Part shown: in pieces, positions 12,770 to 21,213 of the stretch | Layout of the letters: each line of letters starts with the position of its first letter | Position numbering within the stretch: the stretch's first letter is position 1 | Notes under the pieces: model-generated | Databases searched by the model: none | Told to the model about the DNA's origin: nothing | What the model saw: the letters and a program-made list of their open reading frames with translations, nothing else | Made by a program: the position numbers and the translations under genes | Assembly (NCBI GenBank): GCA_004431415.1 | Contig: QPMI01000694.1 | Span: forward strand, 1 to 51,103 | Direction: 5' to 3' | Origin: Cyanophora paradoxa CCMP329 | Taxonomy: Eukaryota; Plantae; Glaucophyta | Length of the DNA stretch: 51,103 nt

Positions 12770-13536
12770 ATGTACCAGATTACTGCGCCACCGGGTGCGT
12801 GGCAAATTGACGTGCTGTTCATTGGGAGATTTCGCCTGTTCGCAGCGGTCGAGATTGCAACCCGTTTCGCTGTGGTACGTAAGCTCGAGACTTTTAAGCA
12901 GCTTCCAAAATGATCGAGCAGCTACTGGAATATGGGCTTTCAGGAGACAGACGGCTTCAACACAGCGGCAATTCGGGAAATGGCTGAAGAGAACTCGTTG
13001 AAAATGCATACTGATTGGCTAAGGATATCACATTTCAAAAGCTCCAAGCTGGAATATCGACAGGTTCGCGAGGACATTGCGAGCACTGATTCAGACTGAT
13101 ACAGAAGCTCGTGGCTCCCCGCATTTCTCTCACGTTTGCCGGCAATTGTCAAGGCGTAAATGAAACAGCCCACAGCTCTTTCGGCGGGGAGCACTCACCG
13201 AAGTGGATGCGGGAAAATACAAGGTAGCCGAGCAGCTGCATCAAGTTAGACAGCGACAGACGATATTGAACGAGACAATTCGAACATACCGCGCACAGGG
13301 ACCGAAGTGCAAGTTCTCGAGCCGAAGCCAAGCGTTTTTGCGAAGGGAACCACAAGCCAAGCAAGGAGACGTACATAGTTGCTGGCGCTGATAAGAACCG
13401 TGTTCGACTCGTTACGAAACAGGGTGTGGAAATTTCTAGACGTGTTAAACCATCGGAAATACGTCAACCGCGTGAGCTTGCACTCAAACACGAATCGAAA
13501 AAGAAGAAGTGCAAATGCGACAGCAGAGACGATTGA
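12770..13536 (+). CDS. Retroviral-type (rve) integrase, frameshifted and missed by the ORF track
   Basis: Manual translation across frames: MYQITAPPGAWQIDVLF...AAVEIATRFAVVRKL; GD-GFNTAAIREM; IDRFARTLRALI; LPAIVKA(Y)NETAHSS; FAKG...SKETYIV. Consistent with the 6-bp TSD. End approximate. Confidence 0.85.
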
Positions 13537-13661
13537 GACGTGAGGTTTGATCGAAACGAAAAAATACAGCGGCCAAGCCGGCAGTATCGAGAGCTCAAGA
13601 AGCTTGAGATTGCAGGGAGCCAAAGCTACGAGCAGGTGCTAAAGCTGCATCACCTCGAGCT

Positions 13662-13977
13662 CTACAGAAGCTCCGCTCTTCGCGAGGATCTACGCGCAAT
13701 AGCATTCCTGTGGTACTCCCGGATCCGATCAGGATTCTCAGCTCGATACTTCGCTGTGATGGCAAGCTGTTTCAAACGTATGTTCGTTCGTGTGGCGCAG
13801 TTTGCGATTGCGTTCAGCATTCTTCTGCGTCGCTCTGCTAAAATCTCCGGGGTGACCTCGATCGGTTTAGGACCCTTCTTCTTCGGCTGATAAGGCTCAT
13901 TGTTAAAAGACGAACCTTAGGAGGTCGCCACGGCCACGTTTAACCGCAGCGCAATCCGCAGTAATTGCAGAAGTCAT
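13662..13977 (-). CDS. Small basic protein, probable AT-hook DNA-binding protein, frameshifted
   Basis: MTSAITADCAAVKRGRG, then RPPK if one base is restored; continues PKKKGPKPIEVTPEILAERRRR...KYRAENPDRIREY. Confidence 0.45.
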
Positions 13978-14107
13978 TGTTCGGCTTGTCTCTCAATAAT
14001 AAGAGACATAAATCCTTTTAAGACAAATTAGCGCGACTTTTGAGGCTTAAAGATAATGCAATCTGTAGATGTAACAAAAAGTCGCAGCAAAGCAGCTCGC
14101 TGCGCAG

Positions 14108-14617
14108 ATGGAGGTTATCGTTCCTGATGTACCAGAGGGCACTGCTTTGATCCGCTGATAGGAATTCGCAATCGACGCAAAGTCATCGTCGCTACGCTCT
14201 CGTGTCACACGATGATGCTGAGCGTGTGCTGGGATTTCGCTGGAGTTTGGACAATGGATATGCTCGAGCCAAAATCAACGGAAAGAGCGTGTACTTGCAT
14301 ACATTCATCAGTGGCAATCTTGAGAATGGTTGACGTTAGATCATATCAACAACGATCCAAAAGACAATCGTCGCGACAACCTCCGTTTAGCAACAGCTCG
14401 TCAACAGAATTTGAATCGTGGACAGCGGCGAGATAACACTTCAGGATACATTGGCGTCAGCTTCCATCAGCAACATGGTAAATGGAAAGCATACTATAAG
14501 ATAAATGACCGCCAAAAGCACATCGGTCTGTTTCAAACAGCAGAGGCTGCAGCTCGTGCTCGCGATGCATATGCATTGGAACATACCAGCGAAGAGGACA
14601 AACCATTCTGCGGTTGA
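14108..14617 (+). CDS. HNH endonuclease with C-terminal AP2 DNA-binding domain
   Basis: GYARAKINGKSVYLH, LDHINNDPKDNRRDNLRLAT (HNH), NTSGYIGVSF...KWKAY...HIGLFQTAEAAARARD (AP2). 5' part frameshifted. Confidence 0.9.
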
Positions 14618-14844
14618 ACTTCCCACAGGTTTGAATGAAGGGAATAACACCCCTTGGGCGCAGCCGAGGCAGCTTGTCTGCCGATTATTTTTTAATGGAA
14701 CTCGAATTCGAAACGGTAGAGGAAGAGTTTAATCTCGAAGACTGCTGGCCTGGAAGAATCACGAATCGCCTGATCATCTGATTTCGTTCGGCATTTACAA
14801 GGGCACATCGTTCCTGTGGATTGCCTCAGCGAAACCGGAATATA

Positions 14845-15559
14845 CTAGCTGGTTGTTGCGACAGCCTTGGCTACCGACTTTTGATCGCGCTGCTTTTTTA
14901 CGCGCACAAAGCGCAATAGAGCCGAAGTCGTTCCAGACGATTTGTCAACAGAATAAACGCGGTCCGCGGTCGCAGCTTCATATATCAAAACCTGATACGA
15001 ATGATTCAATTCAACGAAAAGACGCATTAGATTTGCTCGAGTCGCTCCGGCGTTGTATTCGTCGAAAACGCAGTTGAACTCTTTAACGTTTGAGAGAATT
15101 GATGAGAAACAGACGTACTCGCAATTCCTTCGAACTGTAGGGCTGATTCCACAAAGACGTTGAGTGGTTACAAAAAGGCTCATGTTATAATGACGCCCAC
15201 TAGTAAAAAGCTTTGCATTAATCGGTCGCTGTGGACGTTCACAAGGTCATTATCGAGCAAATCATCTAGAACGATTGCAATCTTGCGCTCATCTTTCTTG
15301 CGTCGCCTTTCTTTTTGTTGCTCTAGAAGACTCTCAACCAAAACTGGATCCCATTCTTCGTGAATATTGTTTGAGCGAGTCGTGTCGTCCACTGTTCTGT
15401 AAATGCTGTGGTACTAAATACGAAGATATCGTCTAGCTGCGGAGCTACTGCATTTAATACGTGTTTAACGTAGGTGCTTTTTCCCGAGTTGGTGGGGCCG
15501 ACAAACAAGAACCGTTTAGGCAGTTTTATTTCTGTAGGATCAAACAGTTTGATATCCAT
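14845..15559 (-). CDS. A32-like (FtsK/HerA superfamily) DNA packaging ATPase, split by two frameshifts
   Basis: Walker A GPTNSGKS, Walker B IAIVLDD, downstream LFVTTQ...ISPTVRRN motif. Confidence 0.92.
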
Positions 15560-16784
15560 CTAGAAGTTACTTACCTTTAGAGTTGACATTTGATACGAGT
15601 TAATTACGAGAACATTGTGGCGCAGGACGTGGAAGTCAACAACTGCTGGCGCTGCGTTTGTGCAGCCGGTCACAGTTAGCGAGCAGTAGCTGCTGCTGGA
15701 ATTAAAGAAGTCTGTGTAGCCGAGGACAGCGTTATGCAGTGAGTCTTTGCCAGATTTCGAAAGCACAATCCCATAGACATTTCCGTCCTCGAAGCCAAGG
15801 GCTGAATTGCCAGTGGTTGCACCGCGGTATTGAGTTGGAATGTGATAGCACGATGATACAAACCCAGAGATTGGCTTATTGCTGATGTCGAGAGTTCGGT
15901 TGTTGTGCATGATCTCAAACGAATCGATTTTCAGCGCATTTCCGTTGCCAGCAAATGAATTGTGATTGCGAGTGCCCAGGTGATTCGCATTACGCACTGT
16001 CATCAGGATCGCGTGCACAAGGCGCTGACGTTGGCAAGGGAGATTTCGACTGCATTCCCCGCGTCGTCAGTCTTTAACTGCCTCGAGCGCTTTGAAATAA
16101 TCTCGGTGAAAGGAATTCGAATACCACCGCTCTCGTTTGCAGATTTAAGCATAGACTCAGCCTCTTCGCTAGGATATTCACGAACTGGCAAACCAGGGCA
16201 CAATCCGTTAGAGTTGCAACAGCACTAGCGACAGTTCCAACCACGCCAGCCGAACGGAAGTCAATTTCGACGGTTGGCATGTCAGCCAGTGCGAGCAGCG
16301 GGAAGTACGAATTGTCCCAGAGCTGGAGGGGATCTTTAGTACGTACTCGCGACTCGCATCGAGAATCTCAAGAGCCGCGTCCTTTCCAAGCCGTAGCTGC
16401 TAGCAAAAGCCTGGCGGACGCAACGCTATTATCAATGAGCGCGTTCACAGTGAGCCAGTCTCCAGGGATCACCATCTTGAAGGATCCATGAACAAAGCGC
16501 ACGTTTTCAATAAATGCACCAGCGCCATTAGGCAGCACCGAGGCGGCAGCTCCGCCAGCGACGCTGACCTTAAAGTATAGCGAGACACCGTTTAGAAGCT
16601 GCTTGCGCGGAAGGTCGAAAGCGGCAGTCTGCGCGAAGCCGTACGAGTTGCCTCGCGGACGGATCGTTTCAAGGAAAGGCTTGAACTTGGGGCTGACACC
16701 GACAGTGAGACCTGGGGATAAATAAAGTTCGCTTGAACCTTTGGTAGTGAGGAGCTCCTTTAGAGTTGTTCCTGCTTGCGCCAT
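15560..16784 (-). CDS. Putative double jelly-roll major capsid protein (~400 aa, frameshifted)
   Basis: Size, beta-rich composition, N-terminal YGFAQTAAFDLPRKQLLNGVSLYFKV...GAFIENV pattern, and position between ATPase and minor capsid. The fold is inferred. Confidence 0.75.
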
Positions 16785-16828
16785 TTGCTATTATAGACCA
16801 GAAAATTTTCATGCATATTGTTGTAAAG

Positions 16829-17705
16829 ATGAAGCTCCGCGTAAATGTCGATTCTAGGGACCGGTTCGAAGGCACGTCCTCGAATTTCAAGATCAATCTC
16901 CCAAGGCCCTCGTTAATGTAAAGTCGGTGCGAGTTGATTCGCTAGAACTGTTTCATAACATGTTCAACCTGTCCACACAAGCCGCAATTATCACCGGCAC
17001 CCTTGATCCCTCTGGCGTTGAGAAAACACGTGCCAACACTTTCAAGCCCGGAGTCTATACGCCAACCTCCCTTGCAAACTATCTAAGCACGCTTCTTAAA
17101 ACCCAGCAGTATAGTTACGGCGGAACTACTTATCAGCGCAAGTTCGTCGTTCAGTTCGAAGAGATCTCAATGCGGCTTAGGTTCCTGTGTGAAGCGGACT
17201 TTATTTTGAGCTTCACATCGGCCGAACTATCGAACCTGCTCGGGTTTGCGAAGACTCTCAGTGACCTTTCCAGTGAGCTTGACACACCTGAGACAATCGA
17301 TGGCGTACAATATTCGTACGAGCTGTTCAGCGATATGCCAGTTGATCTACTTTATCACACGTATTTGTTCCTGTACATTCAGCAGATCAAAGGCCCGATC
17401 TTGACACTTAACCCCTATACAACGGGCTCGATCGCAAAGATTCACATCGACTCAAATTCGGGGAGCTCATCAAGTTCACATCTGAGGATCGTGTTCCCGT
17501 CACAGGCTTCGATCGAAACGCTGAGCTGTCTGAACTTGACATATCGCTGCGCTATCATAATGGAACAGACGCTGTCACAAACACAGAGTTCTCGTTCGTG
17601 CTAGAGTTCGATATCGAGGATGTCTCTTACACGTCTGCTGCTGCTAAATCCGCAATTAAGAATGCAGCCAGCGAGTACGTCCCCTTCGACAGATCGTTCG
17701 CATAA
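16829..17705 (+). CDS. Minor capsid (penton, single jelly-roll) protein, frameshifted
   Basis: MKLRVNVDSRDRFEGTSSNFKINLPRP..NVKSVRVDSLEL N-terminus and LDISLRYHNG...FSFVLEF C-terminus, typical of PLV/virophage minor capsid proteins. Confidence 0.82.
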
Positions 17706-17730
17706 GTTTTTTCCCACTGCTTAGTTAAAG

Positions 17731-18377
17731 ATGCCTCCGCGAAAGAAGTCGACAGACATGCAGTCTCGGCTGCGCACTCCGCAGCTTGAAGTCGCTTCCA
17801 GCCCTACTAAGAAGAATCACATCGAGTTCTTGAGTGGTGATACTGGTGCTTACCCGCTAGTCCGTCGCGCTGGTGGCGGTGAGGGTGCATCCATCGATTA
17901 CGCTCTTACCGCCGACGAGAACGCTATTCTGATAAGATCCCGAATTCGCGGACTAAGAAGACCAAGACTAGCAAGCTAAAGGATACTGACGATGGGCCGC
18001 TGTACATCTCAGAGACGGCTAATCGTAGCAGGTATTTCATTAAAACTGTGACCGGTCTTAAGACAGTTTCAAAGAAGCGAGCTAGTGACCTTATAGCTGG
18101 CATCGCGGCTGAGACTAAGATGGAAAACAAGATTTTAAATGAACCGATCACGAAGACAAAGATCGAGAAGAAGGTTGCCCCTCCTGCAGCTGCTGTTCCT
18201 GCCAAGACGATCGTTGCGATCCCTGAGGTCGATGAGAATGCTAGCGAGCTGCCTGTAGCTAACGCATCGATCCTGCGCATCGCCTCTAGCAGTGCTGATC
18301 CTGTCGGGCCGGCGATCGAGTACAAGCCAATGCTGAGCGGCTTCACTAAGCTAGGGCTCCGGCATCGCTGGGAGTGA
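17731..18377 (+). CDS. Hypothetical protein (two ORF-track pieces, probably one gene)
   Basis: ATG 25 nt after the minor capsid stop; K/A/P-rich; no recognisable motif. Confidence 0.5.
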
Positions 18378-18431
18378 CCGAGTGGCGCAGAGAAAGTCTT
18401 ACCCGAAAAATGGTCGAATTACAGTAAGCTA

Positions 18432-18790
18432 GCATAAAAGTGAAGTATTAGTTTCTAAACTTCTATGCTGGCATAAAAGTGAAGTATTAGTTTCTAAACT
18501 TCTATGCTGGCATAAAAGTGAAATATTAGTTTCTAAACTTCTATGCTGGCAATGTCCAGAAGTATTAATATATATTAAGTAACTTCTGGCAATGCCCAAA
18601 GTAATATCTATTCTTTTAATACTTCTGGCAATGCCCAAAGGTAATATCTATTCTTTTAATACTTCTGGGCAATGCCCATAGGTGATATCTATTCTTTTAA
18701 TACTTCTGGGCAATGCCTATAGGTAATATCTATTCTTTTAATACTTCTGGGCAATGCCCATAGGTTATATCTATTTTTTAAAAACTTCGA
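18432..18790. repeat. AT-rich tandem arrays: 3 x 39 bp, then ~5 x 40-41 bp, each unit with a short palindrome
   Basis: gcataaaagtgaagtattagtttctaaacttctatgctg x3, then ggcaatgccca(a/t)aggtaatatctattcttttaatacttct(g) repeats. Confidence 0.92.
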
Positions 18791-18804
18791 GGCATGTCCA
18801 CAAG

Positions 18805-19216
18805 TACTTTGGACAAATGTTCACGTCCAGAGGTCGCTAAGCGACTTTGGACAAAAGTTCACGTCCAAGATCCTCAACCCTGCTGGCACATCCCAACGCA
18901 TGTTTTGCACAATCCAACCTCTAGTATAGCCTCGTTTGCACTATTGGAGATGTCTGCACGAGTTGCTAGCTGACTTGGGTGTCGTTCTGGAGTTCGTGAC
19001 TTTGGACAAAAGTTCACGTCCAAGATCCTCAACCTGCTGGCACATCCCAACGCATGTTTTGCACGATCCGACCTCTAGTATAGCCTCGTTTGCACTATAG
19101 GAGACGCCTGCACGAATTGCTAGTTTACTTGGGTGGCGTTTTGGAGTTCGTGACTTTGGACAAAAGTTCACGTCCAAGGTCGCCTAGTGACTTTGGACAA
19201 AAGTTCACGTCCAAGA
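18805..19216. repeat. Five copies of actttggacaaaagttcacgtccaag-like motif within a ~155-bp duplication
   Basis: Copies near 18807, 18844, 18999, 19153 and 19190; the arms ttggac/gtccaa are complementary. Confidence 0.85.
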
Positions 19217-19259
19217 TCTCCAAGCTTCTAGGCAACCTCACTCATAGGTGTCAGATCGC

Positions 19260-19527
19260 TGATTCACAGACCGGCGCGTTTGGGGCCCGCCTCAATTCAC
19301 TGCTATATCGTTTTGCATTATCGATCGACCTAGACACCAGATACTACCTAGCGGTTGCTGGATGGAAGGGGAGGTAGACCAGAGGGAGAGAAGGCGGTAG
19401 ACGTAGCGAGAGAGTGGGAAAGAATGAGGGCTGGGAAGGCGCTGGAGTGGGTGAGTGAGGGGTGGGTTTGGGGTTGAGGGTGGCAAAGAGGGCGGGCCCA
19501 CCCTGATGGGGGTACTCTCATTTTTTT
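19260..19527 (-). repeat. Right terminal inverted repeat
   Basis: Ends ...ccctgatgggggtactctcattttttt, followed by the TSD gctggg. Confidence 0.93.
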
Positions 19528-19615
19528 GCTGGGCACTGTACTCTTCCGTGCCCAAGGATATATTGAGGACTACCTCTTTCATCTGTCCTCCGACCTGGCC
19601 GACCTCGGCTTTTGA
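19528..19615 (+). pseudogene. Tyrosine recombinase, 3' remainder containing the presumptive catalytic Tyr
   Basis: Matches 36657-36745 (minus), which reads WALYSSVPQGYIEDYLFHLSSDLADLGF*. Confidence 0.9.
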
Positions 19616-19798
19616 GCCGGCGCCGCCGGCGCCTCTCTCACCCGCGGCCGGCCCTACATAATGTTCACTAGGAGTGTGACACCATTGTAGCCCTGACTCT
19701 TTATAATACAATTTTGTCTCTTCGAACCCGCTTGGTCTGCGCGGCACCCTCAGAGACCTTCCCGACGCTCTTTCAACTGGCTGTGACCTGACTCTTGT

Positions 19799-21213
19799 TT
19801 GGTAGGGGTACAGCACTCGTGCGATGTTTTCACGCACAATCGCCACCCCGCGCCTCGGCGGCGGTACCCGGGACCGCTTACCGGCCCGGGTAGAATCGCG
19901 TACCCCGCGCCGGGGTACAGCATTCGCCCCGCCAGGCCCCGTCAGGCGTGGCTCGAGCTGAACGCGTACCCTGCTCAGGGGTACGCCAAAACCTCCGCCT
20001 CGGCCACGAGAATCCGGTACCCGCCGCACGGGTACGGGATTACTCAGCCTTACCGCCGCTCCGGTCCGGAGCAGGGGTAAGCTTTCACCCGCCTCCGGAA
20101 GGAAGCGGCCGAAAGAGCATAAGGCGACCCGCCCTGGTCGGTCGCCGACGTGTTATCCCCACGTTAGGTCTCGGGAAAGCAGCATCCAGCTGCCGTACCT
20201 TCAGGGCCACTCCCGATGCGCTATACCGTGCATCCCTTTAGAATAGTCGTAGGCAAGTTAGGCTAGCTAGGCTTCTCTGATTCCGAATGAAGCGAGGCGT
20301 AAAGCGGGTTTGCGCAATTAAGCGTAAACCGAGTTTTGCGCCGACGGAATGAATAGAAGAGAAGCCAGAGCGCCAACTGCCTACCTTAGCTAGAAGGACC
20401 GAGCGACCGGACCGGCCTAAGCGACGGGTCCGGGCCTCGAGCACGGTATAGCAGAATTCGAGTTCTGCACCGACTCCGGGGAGAACTCAGAATTTGATTC
20501 GGTCGCGCCCTGAGGCGAACGAAGGCCGGGGTACGGCCATTCCTTCGGCTGCCCTTCGGCATAACTTCGTCCTTGGTTGCCAGCTTGACCAGGCACCCAG
20601 CGGCGAAGCGAAATCGCTCCCGCCCTCCTCCCGCGTTTTCACAATCGGCTGTTTGTGGATGCGACGGCTCTATCCTTTCCAACGCGCTACGAGTATCCGT
20701 AGAATACTCTGGCAATCTTGGTAGGGGTACAGCACTCGTGCGATGTTTTCACGCACAATCGCCACCCGCGCCTCGGCGGCGGTACCCGGGACGCTTACCG
20801 GCCCGGGTAGAATCGCGTACCCCGCGCCGGGGTACAGCATTCGCCCGCCAGGCCCCGTCAGGCGTGGCTCGAGCTGAACGCGTACCTGCTCAGGGGTACG
20901 CCAAAACCTCCGCCTCGGCCACGAGAATCCGGTACCCGCCGCACGGTACGGGATTACTCAGCCTTACCGCCGCTCCGGTCCGGAGCAGGGTAAGCTTTCA
21001 CCCGCCTCCGGAAGGAAGCGGCCGAAAGAGCATAAGGCGACCCGCCCTGGTCGGTCGCCGACGTGTTATCCCCACGTTAGGTCTCGGAAAGCAGCATCCA
21101 GCTGCCGTACCTTCAGGCCACTCCCGATGCGCTATACGTGCATCCCTTTAGAATAGTCGTAGGCAAGTTAGGCTAGCTAGGCTTCTCTGATTCCGAATGA
21201 AGCGAGGCGTAAA
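19799..21213 (+). repeat. Split direct repeat terminus B1 (19799-20303), A2 (20304-20617), ~100-bp spacer, B2 (20718-21213)
   Basis: B copies start ttggtaggggtacagcac and end gaggcgtaaa. A matches 45238-45554 (minus). Confidence 0.92.

Larger units (their letters stand above)
8298..19527. mobile_element. Polinton/Maverick-like endogenous dsDNA viral element, 11,230 bp
   Basis: TIRs, 6-bp TSD, pPolB, rve integrase, packaging ATPase, MCP and minor capsid. Visibly lower GC than the flanking retrotransposon. Confidence 0.93.
1..21213 (+). mobile_element. DIRS-order tyrosine-recombinase retrotransposon, split-direct-repeat (PAT/Ngaro) type, copy 1; 5' A1 repeat lies outside the window; interrupted by a Polinton-like element at 8298-19527
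   Basis: Reverse-complement match to 35047-45224. RT (YIDD), RNase H and YR motifs are present. The 3' end is B1(19799-20303)-A2(20304-20617)-B2(20718-21213). Confidence 0.92.

Noticed and set aside
8714-18377. Calling the viral genes pseudogenes
   Set aside because: Catalytic motifs are intact and the breaks look like the single-base deletions seen between repeat copies, so they are probably sequencing error.
18432-18790. CRISPR-like array
   Set aside because: Units are contiguous with no unique spacers, there are no cas genes, and the context is eukaryotic viral.
20304-20617. Ribozyme or tRNA in the A repeat
   Set aside because: Two cttcgg words are present, but I could not build a hammerhead core, HDV fold or cloverleaf by eye.
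19799-21213. B repeats as LTRs of an LTR retrotransposon
   Set aside because: The B1-A2-B2 arrangement with a 5' A1 and a YR gene defines split direct repeats; no TG..CA ends or TSD.
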